In this document: positions 16,431 through 25,354 of the stretch, piece by piece
How the letters are laid out: each line of letters opens with the position of its first letter
Position numbering within the stretch: position 1 is the stretch's first letter
Source of the DNA: a virus
Taxonomy: Duplodnaviria > Caudoviricetes
IMG/VR virus record: IMGVR_UViG_3300022305_000561
Length of the DNA stretch: 64,000 bases
Reading direction: 5' to 3' (one strand)
Notes under the pieces: model-generated
The model's input: only the letters and a program-made list of their open reading frames with translations
Told to the model about the DNA's origin: nothing
The model's database searches: none
Position numbers and translations under genes: made by a program

Positions 16431-18515
16431 TTAAGCCACCAACTTAATAAACTGATCAAGGACAGTACGATTGGTTTTCTTATTGTTTAAGAACTTCTTA
16501 AACTGTGAAGCCATACCTGAGGCAGTAGCATTTGGTTTGATTTCTAACTCAACAGTAGTTGATTTATTTTTTGATGATGGGAGGAAGTATAATTCATCAT
16601 AAGCAGTTGTTTCTAAAGTGAAAACACCTGTTTTTCTGATACTGCTTCTAATCTTCTCATAATTATCATACATTGTATCATATCTTCCTATAGGATTCAT
16701 AAATCCACTAATGAAATTGAAGATTTCACGTTTATTAACTCCTGCAATATAGAATCCAATTACTGGAATATTGTAACGGTCTTTGATAACTTTCAAAAGA
16801 AATTGGGTTTGTTCACTGGCACGTAAAGGAAACACATAATCCTTTTTAGTTTTTATATCTCTTAACTTATGAAGTATTTTTTTCTGCCAGTCGATTGTGC
16901 TACTATCAACCTTCAAAGTGGTTGAAATACCATCAGTAAGAACAACCAATGAAGTTTTTTCAACATTATTCATTCTAGTAAACTTACCTAAGTAATCAAC
17001 CATATACAATAAAGAAGAATTCAAAGGAGTATCGCCTAAACGATAGTCTCTTGAATACTGCCAAGGTCGTGATAAAACCAACTTAAGCATTTTGTTGAAT
17101 TCGGTTATTGACATTTTGTTGGAAAACAACTCTATCAGATTAAAATTATCAGATATTATAGAACTATTAAGTTTACTAGCATTAATTCTGTGTTTGTGAC
17201 ATTGTGAAGTAAATGCTAATACTTGATAAGCAATACCCGATCTTTGACAAAATGAAGCAAGATTAATAACTTGTTTAAGAGTATCTTCCATAACGCCACA
17301 CATTGAACCAGACCAGTCTAGTAGAAAGATCATACCGTGATTTTTTTCATCAGTTACGGTTGATATAGACTTGAATAGATTATCTGATATTGTATGGGCA
17401 AATAACTTGTTTACGTTAAGTCCACCAGTCTTTGCGATAGTTGTTCTAGAATAACGTCTTGCAGACTTCTTCATCTCAAACTCTTTAACTAGGTAGTTTA
17501 CATAGTTAGCTGATTCAGATTTGAACTCATTTACTGATTTTTCTCTATCACTAGCATAACCAGTATCAAGACCAACCACATAGTCTTCCGATAAATCGGT
17601 AAGAACTTGTTTATAACCAACGATTGGATTTTGAAACTCGGAAGGAACTTCAGTAGTATGATTGATAATGGATAAATGAGTATCAGCCAAGTTACCTAGG
17701 TTATTATCAAATGCTTCTTGAGTAGAGGCTTCTAAGGCTTCTTCCTCTTCTTTTTCTTCTTTACTCTTACCACCTGAACCTTTCGCAGTATCATCTTCTA
17801 TTTCTTCATCCGAACCTTCATCATCTGAATCGCCATCAGTTACTTCTGAATCTTCATCTTCCTCAGAATCATCATCATTATATTCATCATCATAAGAATC
17901 ATCATTTTCATATTCTTCAAATGATTCATTAGGTTCTTCAGACATTTGTTGTTCTTGTTGTTCAGCTTTCTTATCCTCATAATCAGCCTTTGAAAAAGCA
18001 TATATGTCATCAGATAAGGTAGTCACATCATTAACAGTATCACAAGTTTTTGCACGTTCAACAAAAACCATTTCTTGTTTAGTAAAAGTAACACCACAAG
18101 AAGAACCAGACTTGAAGTAAAGATTGATTCTATTGATTAGATTTAACTTAGATAAATCTTGATTGGCAATCTTAAAGAAGTCACGGTCATTCAACTCTTT
18201 ATAACCTTGAACAAAGTCTTTACGAAGACCAGGAAAGATTGATTTGATTTTACGTTCAATGCGAACATCTTCTATAACATTGATGTAAGATTTAGGTGTT
18301 TTAGAATCATTAACAAGAAGTTCAATAGGGGAGAACAATGCATGTCCTACTTCATGGGCTTTCAACATTATTTCAATCGTATCGGTCATATCTTGCCATT
18401 GAGGCAAAGTAAGAACACGATTAACAATATCGAAGGAAGCAGTAGAAACACCTGCCCGAACAATATCAATGTTCTCAGAAGCAAGTAGTTTGGCTAGTAA
18501 ATCAGTTTTATTCAT
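16431..18515 (-). CDS. CobT-like peptidase/VWA-domain protein, partner of the AAA ATPase
   Basis: HEVGHALF (HEXXH), acidic linker, LLDWSGSM MIDAS motif, TPLN, VLTDG. Confidence 0.85.
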   Translation of the reverse strand: MNKTDLLAKLLASENIDIVRAGVSTASFDIVNRVLTLPQWQDMTDTIEIMLKAHEVGHALFSPIELLVNDSKTPKSYINVIEDVRIERKIKSIFPGLRKDFVQGYKELNDRDFFKIANQDLSKLNLINRINLYFKSGSSCGVTFTKQEMVFVERAKTCDTVNDVTTLSDDIYAFSKADYEDKKAEQQEQQMSEEPNESFEEYENDDSYDDEYNDDDSEEDEDSEVTDGDSDDEGSDEEIEDDTAKGSGGKSKEEKEEEEALEASTQEAFDNNLGNLADTHLSIINHTTEVPSEFQNPIVGYKQVLTDLSEDYVVGLDTGYASDREKSVNEFKSESANYVNYLVKEFEMKKSARRYSRTTIAKTGGLNVNKLFAHTISDNLFKSISTVTDEKNHGMIFLLDWSGSMCGVMEDTLKQVINLASFCQRSGIAYQVLAFTSQCHKHRINASKLNSSIISDNFNLIELFSNKMSITEFNKMLKLVLSRPWQYSRDYRLGDTPLNSSLLYMVDYLGKFTRMNNVEKTSLVVLTDGISTTLKVDSSTIDWQKKILHKLRDIKTKKDYVFPLRASEQTQFLLKVIKDRYNIPVIGFYIAGVNKREIFNFISGFMNPIGRYDTMYDNYEKIRSSIRKTGVFTLETTAYDELYFLPSSKNKSTTVELEIKPNATASGMASQFKKFLNNKKTNRTVLDQFIKLVA

Positions 18516-18546
18516 AATATATTATCTCTTTTTCAATTTATAAGTT

Positions 18547-18575
18547 ATTATAAATGATAAAGTTCATATTGTCAA
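18547..18575 (-). promoter_or_regulatory. Perfect sigma70 promoter TTGACA-N17-TATAAT
   Basis: Exact consensus. Confidence 0.85.
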
Positions 18576-18585
18576 CATTTATTTT

Positions 18586-18650
18586 TGGTGGAGATAATAG
18601 GGATTAAACCTATGACCTATGTAATGCTATTACACCGCAACTCTATAAAC
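18586..18650 (-). pseudogene. Degenerate tRNA (Ala-like 3' half)
   Basis: T arm ATAGG-TTTAATC-CCTAT and 3' CTCCACCA; 5' half not recognisable. Confidence 0.45.
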
Positions 18651-18738
18651 TGAATTTGCCGCAGCGAACCCATCTGCTGCTTTAATTTTCTTGACTTCTC
18701 GGCACTAGAAACCTTATGTCTGGGGCGTTAGCAAAACT

Positions 18739-18797
18739 TGGAGCCTCATATCCGATTCAAACGGCATTAAGCACGCTGTTCTCGGGAACGATGAGGC
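18739..18797 (-). ncRNA. 59-nt mini tRNA-like RNA with CCA
   Basis: Acceptor GCCTCAT/ATGAGGC + T + CCA; T-loop-like TTTGAAT; no canonical anticodon arm. Confidence 0.5.
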
Positions 18798-18802
18798 AAA
18801 CT

Positions 18803-18878
18803 TGGAGCGGACGACTGGGTACGATCCAGCAACATTCTGATTGGAAATCAGATACTCTACCAATTGAGTTACGTCCGC
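18803..18878 (-). tRNA. tRNA-Gly(TCC)
   Basis: GCGGACG/CGTCCGC acceptor, TCTGA-TTTCCAA-TCAGA anticodon arm, U73, encoded CCA, 76 nt. Confidence 0.92.
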
Positions 18879-19290
18879 AATATTTAATAAAACACACTAT
18901 AGAATAGTTTTAGTCGCCTCTATTCTTAACGAGTAAGCGAATTTATATAAACCCGACTAATATGTTTAATAAAACACACTCTGTTATGGAATTGAACCAT
19001 ATTAAGCATAGCACATACCAGCACTTACTCAGCAATCCAGCTGAACCTGATCAAGGTCGAATGTGTTTTATTAAAAGTATTTCAACACACATCGTCCAAT
19101 TGTGACCTTAGAGTGTGTAATAGTTAATTGATACAATCAACCCAAATACTTTTATGAATATACTGATTCGTATTAACACTGCGATTCGAGACATTTTACC
19201 TTGCCCTTGCGGTCATGCTCCGCAGCTCAATATATTCTTAAAAGTGCCGTCTTTGACTTCTTTACAGTCTTATGACTTTCGGCTTTGCCA

Positions 19291-19356
19291 TTATCACCAG
19301 AGTGAGTCGAACACTCGTTCCCTATACAGGATCCTACCATTAGAAGATGGCGATAA
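19291..19356 (-). ncRNA. tRNA-like element with shortened anticodon arm
   Basis: 9-bp acceptor-like stem, D loop TAATGGTAGG, perfect T arm GAGTG-TTCGACT-CACTC, only CCT-GTAT-AGG in place of the anticodon arm, no CCA. Confidence 0.55.
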
Positions 19357-19392
19357 TTAGGTGCCACTTATGCTTAGGGAGCATTTATAACT

Positions 19393-19620
19393 TTACTTAG
19401 TCATTGATTTCTTAAACAAAGAATCCAATTTATCGTTCATTTCTTTCTCGCCTTTTGCACAATGAGCAGTACACATTGAACCAGCTTTTACTGTAGATGC
19501 TTCAATATCTGTAGCAGTAGAAGTTTTCAATAAATCTACTTGAGCTTGAAGGTCAGCTACATCACCATTACTTGCACAACCTACGACTAACATTGCAACT
19601 ACTGCTACTAACATTTTCAT
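19393..19620 (-). CDS. Lipoprotein of Lpp/OprI (alanine-zipper) type
   Basis: Signal peptide with lipobox VVG-C, coiled coil, C-terminal NDKLDSLFKKSMTK. Confidence 0.65.
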   Translation of the reverse strand: MKMLVAVVAMLVVGCASNGDVADLQAQVDLLKTSTATDIEASTVKAGSMCTAHCAKGEKEMNDKLDSLFKKSMTK

Positions 19621-19775
19621 ACTTGTTTTCCTTTTAGAATTTTCATTCGATTTATGATTTTATCTTTATCTCTTGGACGTCTTGTTGTTTCCAACAATGC
19701 TTCAAGTTGAGGCATAGACAAAGGTTTTATACGATTTTTACCTGTAATAGTGGTTTTAGGGTTTCTTTTCCTCAT
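19617..19775 (-). CDS. Small basic hypothetical protein
   Basis: MRKRNPKTT... with GAGG RBS, downstream of the promoter at 19817-19845. Confidence 0.55.
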   Translation of the reverse strand: MRKRNPKTTITGKNRIKPLSMPQLEALLETTRRPRDKDKIINRMKILKGKQV

Positions 19776-19849
19776 TTTATATATCCTCATTTCAATAAGT
19801 TTACAACACAAATTATATTATACTACGGTAGTTCTAAAAAGTAAAGTCT

Positions 19850-20125
19850 TTACACATAAAACTCCTTAATAACTTCAAACCCTGTTTTAGTCAAACCAAC
19901 TTTAGATTCCCTTCCTTCAGATGTATGCCAAACCAAATTAGCATTAAGTAAACTTGTAAAAGTTCCTTTGTCTTGAGCAGTTTCTAAAATACTTGACGCC
20001 CAAGTAGTGCTTTCATTAGGATCATTTGATTCAAGTAACGCTTTAGCATCACCGTTGAAATTTGTAAAATCATCTTCAACGATTTTAGACAGTAAGTTAA
20101 ATTGTAATTCAGTAGGTTTTTTCAT
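19850..20125 (-). CDS. Hypothetical early protein
   Basis: Own promoter (20164-20192) and duplicated leader. Confidence 0.6.
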   Translation of the reverse strand: MKKPTELQFNLLSKIVEDDFTNFNGDAKALLESNDPNESTTWASSILETAQDKGTFTSLLNANLVWHTSEGRESKVGLTKTGFEVIKEFYV

Positions 20126-20200
20126 AATATATTTTCTCACTTGGTTTATTTAATTTATAAGTAATTATACCTCATCTAAAACCAAAAGTAAAGCATTATT

Positions 20201-21913
20201 TTATGCTACTACACTAAAATCGTGTCTCTTTTCTATTGTTATAACATTCTTAAATTTATCTACAATCTGGTCAACATTATGACTTATCACAAATACATTA
20301 CAATGCTCGCCCAATGTAGATAACAAATTCATTACATAATCAGTTCCATTAGCATCTAAAGAACCCTCAAGTACTTCATCCAACAACAATAGATTTGTAT
20401 TAGCAGAATTCTTAAGTCTTGCTATTTCTCTCCAAGAAAACAATAATGCCAAATCTATCCTTTGTTTTTCTCCTTCCGAGAAACTTGCATAGGTAAAGTC
20501 GTCACGGTATCTGGATTTAATAGATTCATTAAATGAATCAGATAATGTAAATTGTACGAAAAAGTCCATTGCAGTCAGATACTTGTTGATCAGGGTGTTA
20601 ATCGTGGGCAGATATTCCTTTATCACTGATGTTTTAATCCCAGTATCTTTCAATAATATAGAAGCAATATCTTCAATGTTTCTTTGTTCTTGGAGTATAG
20701 TTTTGGTAGCAATGTTCTCGATAGCAACATTAGCAAACTCTTTTAACTTATCTCTTTCAACATCTATGTTACCTTGATCTTTCTGGGTAGTTTTGATATC
20801 AAGTTCTAATCCAGAGTTTTGTTCTTTCAAAGTCTTTATGGCAGAAGTATAGGTATATATTCCGTTCTTTGCAGCAAGAACTTCCGAAGCAATCTTATTC
20901 ACTTCAAACATCCTATCATTACATCTTTGTATTTCCTGGTTTAGCTGGTCAATCTCAACTAGGTTCAAATCATATTCGTTTTGGAGTGTTTCTCTTATAG
21001 AGGATTTATGTTCATGCGGAATATTTTGTGAACAAGAAGGGCAACTATCATTTTCATCAAAGAACCCTAAAGTCTTTTCCATTATACTATTACTATGAAT
21101 AATAGTCTTGACCATAGAATTGGCGTGAGATATTGTTTCGTGGACTACTCTTGAATCAGCAATTTGTAGTTGTAATATCTCAATTTGGTATTCAGTGTCT
21201 TTTAAGTTCTTTTCAGTAGTATATATATCTTTTTGATTTTTGTCGATTCTACTTTGTATACTTTCAATATGAGTCTGTTTACTAGTCATCATACTGTTAA
21301 TCAAGTTTTGTTGATTATCCACAGTAGACTTAGCGATATGAATACTGGTAGTTACATTTTCAATTTGTTGTTTAGTATATTGGATCTTTTCTTTCAACAG
21401 ATTATTCATTGTGCTAAAGATTCTGATGTCCAGGATATCCTCAATAACTTCTCTTCTATTACTAGCAGATAACTGCATAAATGGAACAAAAGAAGATGAA
21501 CCTAATATCACTACCTGAGTAAAAGTTCTGAAGTTCATCTTTAGAATTTGCTGTTCTAATACAATCTGATAATCTTTAAGAGCAGCATCTTGTGTGATTA
21601 GAACATCGTTTTTCCATATCTCAAACAGATTAGGTTTGACGCCACGAATTACACGATAAACACTTCCAGCAACTTCGAATTCAACTGTTACCAGTAGATT
21701 CTTGCCATTTATAGAGTTGACAAGTTGTGGCTTAGTAATACTTCTAAACGGTTTATTGAATAGGGCAAACGTCAAGGCATCTAAGATAGTTGACTTTCCA
21801 TTACCATTTTTACCAATAATCAAGGTAGATGAATGAACATCTAGGTCTATTCTGGTTGGTACATTACCAGTAGAAAGTAAGTTCTTCCATTCGACATACT
21901 TAAATTTTATCAT
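20201..21913 (-). CDS. 46: Recombination endonuclease subunit gp46 (Rad50-like)
   Basis: GKNGNGKST, CPSC zinc hook, FSEGEKQRIDLALL, LLDE, ISH. Confidence 0.96.
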   Translation of the reverse strand: MIKFKYVEWKNLLSTGNVPTRIDLDVHSSTLIIGKNGNGKSTILDALTFALFNKPFRSITKPQLVNSINGKNLLVTVEFEVAGSVYRVIRGVKPNLFEIWKNDVLITQDAALKDYQIVLEQQILKMNFRTFTQVVILGSSSFVPFMQLSASNRREVIEDILDIRIFSTMNNLLKEKIQYTKQQIENVTTSIHIAKSTVDNQQNLINSMMTSKQTHIESIQSRIDKNQKDIYTTEKNLKDTEYQIEILQLQIADSRVVHETISHANSMVKTIIHSNSIMEKTLGFFDENDSCPSCSQNIPHEHKSSIRETLQNEYDLNLVEIDQLNQEIQRCNDRMFEVNKIASEVLAAKNGIYTYTSAIKTLKEQNSGLELDIKTTQKDQGNIDVERDKLKEFANVAIENIATKTILQEQRNIEDIASILLKDTGIKTSVIKEYLPTINTLINKYLTAMDFFVQFTLSDSFNESIKSRYRDDFTYASFSEGEKQRIDLALLFSWREIARLKNSANTNLLLLDEVLEGSLDANGTDYVMNLLSTLGEHCNVFVISHNVDQIVDKFKNVITIEKRHDFSVVA

Positions 21914-22989
21914 ATAATTTCTTTTGCATCAAGATATAAAGATTTCATAAAGGATTTAATCTTATCACGGTTTGTGTCATCAGCGACTGAATCAACATAA
22001 CCCTCAAGCACTTCTAAGGTGTTTTCAATACTTATTTGAGTTGTATCAACAACTCCCTCTGAGAAATCAGACAAATCTTCAAGTATCTTAATCTCATAGG
22101 TATCGCTTTCATAAAGTTTCTTTAGGAACTGATCAAACTTATAATAATCTGTTTTCTTTACTACTACTATTTTGATATACTTCTGTTGAAACTGCTCTAT
22201 ATCAATAGTATCATAATCAACTAATTCATCATTGTATTCGTGTCTAAGAAACATTGTATAGGGATTCTTAATGAATTCTGTTTGTCTTGTTTCTGTATCG
22301 AATATATGAAATCCTTTCTGGTCATTGTAATCAGACCAAGTCATTTCATAAGGAGTGCCGACATAATGAATATTTTCTTTATCAGATTTAGTATGAAAAT
22401 GACCTGAATAAACACCTTCATATTTGGCGAACATTTTGTAATTTATTTCTCCAGAATCAATAAGTTGTTTCAATTCTTTAGATACATCTTGTCCTTTATA
22501 CATCGGAAAATTGGAAAACTCAAAATGCCCGAAGCATAAATCAGATTTACTATCTCGGATAAACTCGAATGCTTCTTCTACATTCTCTTTACATATCCAA
22601 GGAATGATGTCGATAGATGTATTATCGACATCCCATTTTGTCATCTTATCATAAATATGAAGATTTGTAAACTCACCAAGTAATAATCCTGTAGAGTTTA
22701 CAGATAATGATTCACGATAATAAAGATCGTGATTACCCAACAATGTACATAGAACTATACCAGCATCTTGTAGTGGTTGAAAGAAGAACCTTTTACTTTC
22801 AGCCAAAGTATTGAAGTTGATATACTTTCTTCTATCAAACATATCACCAAGTTGCCATACAACTTTAATGTCATTTTCAATAAGATATGGCAGGAAGACA
22901 TTAGTATAAAACTTATCTTGTAGGGCAAGAAAGTTAGGACTATCTGATCTTACGCCAAAATGAGTATCACCGCAGATTGCTATCTTCAT
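21910..22989 (-). CDS. 47: Recombination endonuclease subunit gp47 (Mre11-like)
   Basis: GDTHFG, LGDMFDRRK, GNHD, SGHFH. Confidence 0.96.
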   Translation of the reverse strand: MKIAICGDTHFGVRSDSPNFLALQDKFYTNVFLPYLIENDIKVVWQLGDMFDRRKYINFNTLAESKRFFFQPLQDAGIVLCTLLGNHDLYYRESLSVNSTGLLLGEFTNLHIYDKMTKWDVDNTSIDIIPWICKENVEEAFEFIRDSKSDLCFGHFEFSNFPMYKGQDVSKELKQLIDSGEINYKMFAKYEGVYSGHFHTKSDKENIHYVGTPYEMTWSDYNDQKGFHIFDTETRQTEFIKNPYTMFLRHEYNDELVDYDTIDIEQFQQKYIKIVVVKKTDYYKFDQFLKKLYESDTYEIKILEDLSDFSEGVVDTTQISIENTLEVLEGYVDSVADDTNRDKIKSFMKSLYLDAKEII

Positions 22990-23516
22990 TCAGATATCAC
23001 ATCTAAAGTTTGACAAGTCGGAACTATTACTTTTGGAACCTTTACCTTTCTAACAACATTTGGCAACTCAGCGTCTGAAAACTCAGCCAAGAACTCTCTG
23101 TATGAGTTGACAAACTCTGCATCATCATCTTGTTCTTGAAGTTCAAATACTATGTTACCTACAGATTGGATAATTTTATGTTTAAGTTGATATTGTATCT
23201 TCTCTTTTGCAATCCTACGAAGGTATGCAAAGTATATAATTTGAGTATAATAAGAGAATGGATTGGACGACTTCTCAGGATTGAACTTATCAAAATATCT
23301 GATGCAGTTTTCAATACCATCACAAATCATTTCATCTTTGAATGAGTATCCATTGAAGTTACCCTTGTTGGCAAGATTGTTTGCAATCTTTAGAACACAC
23401 TCACCAAGATAGTTGGTGATTTGAGGTTTCTCATCACCTTCTTTAAGTTTAGATAGAAGTTCTTTTCTTTCAAGTATTGCTGCAAAAAAATCCTTGTTTG
23501 ATACATACTCAGCCAT
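22986..23516 (-). CDS. 55: Late transcription sigma factor gp55
   Basis: YVSNKDF, DEMICDGIENC, NPFSYYTQIIYFAYLRRIAKEK. Confidence 0.95.
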   Translation of the reverse strand: MAEYVSNKDFFAAILERKELLSKLKEGDEKPQITNYLGECVLKIANNLANKGNFNGYSFKDEMICDGIENCIRYFDKFNPEKSSNPFSYYTQIIYFAYLRRIAKEKIQYQLKHKIIQSVGNIVFELQEQDDDAEFVNSYREFLAEFSDAELPNVVRKVKVPKVIVPTCQTLDVISE

Positions 23517-23546
23517 TTCAATCACCTATTAATTAAATATAATAAT

Positions 23547-23575
23547 ATTATATACTACATCATCTAAAAAGTAAA
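23547..23575 (-). promoter_or_regulatory. Promoter TTTACT-N17-TATAAT upstream of gene 55
   Basis: Consensus boxes with 17-nt spacer. Confidence 0.75.
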
Positions 23576-23579
23576 GTAT

Positions 23580-23890
23580 ATTGAATTTAGGAAGTTTATG
23601 TTAAAAGCATAAACTCTAAAACCTTCAAAATACCTTATTTATTTTCCATCTAAATCAATAACTTACAAATCATTTATTCGCTTAAATATCGTAATCTGTA
23701 TAAAGTTACGTCTTGTTTATACTTAAATGTGTTTAAAATGACTTCTTTTTATGTATTTAAGTTATAAATCAATAGATTAGAGAAATGTTCTCTTAGGATA
23801 TAAGGCAAAAAATATCAATTCTCAAAGTCTTGACTTTTGCCTGTTTTTATAGTATACTTTATCTGTGGTTGGGTTAAGTAGATTTATAGA
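23580..23890. other. AT-rich noncoding region with two IHF consensus sites and an antisense promoter; candidate origin
   Basis: WATCAA-N4-TTR at 23653-65 and 23767-79; plus-strand TTGACT-N17-TATACT at 23830-23858. Confidence 0.45.
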
Positions 23891-24215
23891 TTACTTAATA
23901 TCCACTTGATGTAACTTAAGATCAAATTGCTCTTCTGAGTAGGCCTTAACTCTCTCGGCAAAGTGATTCAAAGTATGATTCATAGATGACTTATAGGAAA
24001 GGTCATCTGCCACATCGTAAAGCACACAGGATGATTTGCCTTCCCTCAACCTAAGACCTCGTCCTATAGATTGGAAGTTTCGTATTTTACTCTTAGTTGG
24101 ACTAGCAAAGATAATATTCTCAATAGATGGAATATTAATACCAGTAGAGAAAGTTGCGTCAATAGGACGCAATAATAATTGCGCCCCTGACCTCCTGTAT
24201 TTTTTCTGGTAACAT
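23891..24215 (-). CDS. uvsW: UvsW helicase C-fragment, interrupted by TGA + frameshift (4 extra nt at 24158-24161)
   Basis: MLPEKIQEVRGAIIIASY* then ATFSTGINIPSIENIIFASPTKSKIRNFQSIGRGLR (SF2 motifs V/VI) in the next frame. Confidence 0.8.
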
Positions 24216-25087
24216 TAAGATAGCCTTTTAGATTTCGATTTATCCTTCACCCAATAAAATCCTATTGGGCACTCTTTTGTTTTTGTTTTATTTATACCAT
24301 CTGTCCAAATCCTTAAACCTACTCTAGAGGATTTTTGCCTATCCCTAAAATCCTGATCCTCCCACATCGTTTTTATTTTTTCTCCAGCATCTAATCGCTT
24401 ATCAATATTTGTATTGACTATTAACATCTTTTCATTAAAAGCTATTTTATATTCATCATCCCTTTCATCCCATACTTTTTGTTGAGAAATAGAGGATTTT
24501 ATTTTTTCTTCTGGTCTATTCTTAAACTCAGACTGATATTCTGAAAACGATATTCTACGATCATCAGTCCAAGAATCCTGGGATGATTGTTTATGCTTAG
24601 CCTTTGTTTCAGGATTTAACATGTGTATGTGTATAGATGTTGATATACCATTTTTCACTTGTTCTCTTGCTATGATAGCTCGCTTTGCTCTGAATCCATC
24701 GTATTTTTCGGTATCTTTTTTTAGAACTTCCCACGCTGATGTAGAACCCTTAGACATCATATCTCTATATTCTTCAGAAGTCAAATCACTTCTCATAAAC
24801 CTAAGAGGGTTTATGAATTTATTTATAGGATATGCCTGAGCCAACAGTTTATGTGCCTGAACGTGGGTTGAATATTCTAATTTTACTAGATTCCAAGAAC
24901 AATCTATAAACTGAGGGAATATGCTCTTAGGTAATATGTGATGTATTTCGGCATAAACGCCCTCATTGCATACTTTTGTTATTAAACTAAGATATTCTTC
25001 TAGATATGATAAAGATTCTGGAGCACCTAATTCTTCATCTAATTTTGATTGAAAAAAAATATTATTATATATACTTATGCTGGTCAT
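24215..25087 (-). CDS. HNH homing endonuclease inserted in uvsW
   Basis: AEIHHILPKSIFPQF..CSWNLVKL...HVQAHKLL; C-terminal IWTDG..KT; family leader at 25078-25180. Confidence 0.88.
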   Translation of the reverse strand: MTSISIYNNIFFQSKLDEELGAPESLSYLEEYLSLITKVCNEGVYAEIHHILPKSIFPQFIDCSWNLVKLEYSTHVQAHKLLAQAYPINKFINPLRFMRSDLTSEEYRDMMSKGSTSAWEVLKKDTEKYDGFRAKRAIIAREQVKNGISTSIHIHMLNPETKAKHKQSSQDSWTDDRRISFSEYQSEFKNRPEEKIKSSISQQKVWDERDDEYKIAFNEKMLIVNTNIDKRLDAGEKIKTMWEDQDFRDRQKSSRVGLRIWTDGINKTKTKECPIGFYWVKDKSKSKRLS

Positions 25088-25180
25088 AATGGTTTCCATT
25101 GTTGAATGATTAGAGTTAGTGGGTTCCGAGGCCGCGACTAACACCTTTTACTATACTATTTATAAGAATTGGAAACTCTA
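25078..25180 (-). promoter_or_regulatory. Endonuclease leader (late promoter + hairpin)
   Basis: TATAAATA at 25157-64; GTTAGT/ACTAAC stem 25115-25142; CTCTAATCATTC; ATGACCAGCA. Confidence 0.8.
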
Positions 25181-25184
25181 GATT

Positions 25185-25354
25185 ATGAATCCAGACAAAC
25201 TTGAATATCAATGCCCCTATTGCCACGAGTGGATATTGAAAACTCAATATAGCAACCACGAAAACTTGCATATCAATGAATGGTTAATGCACCAACAACA
25301 CTAGATGAACTAGAACGAAGATTAAGACCTTTGGGATTGTTTGACGAAAGATAA
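25185..25354 (+). pseudogene. Paralog of the 5870-6046 C2H2 zinc-finger gene, frameshifted after the finger
   Basis: MNPDKLEYQCPYCHEWILKTQYSNHENLH...* (stop 25302-04); homologous tail PTTLDELERRLRPLGLFDER* in another frame, ending at 25354. Confidence 0.7.

Noticed and set aside
18880-19240. CRISPR array
   Set aside because: Only two short direct repeats, irregular spacing and no cas genes.
18716-19360. Plus-strand ORFs 18716-18907 and 19154-19360
   Set aside because: They overlap tRNA and tRNA-like elements on the opposite strand.
24159-24161. Genome-wide TGA reassignment
   Set aside because: Many genes end normally at TGA and TAG, and simple read-through would not restore the frame.
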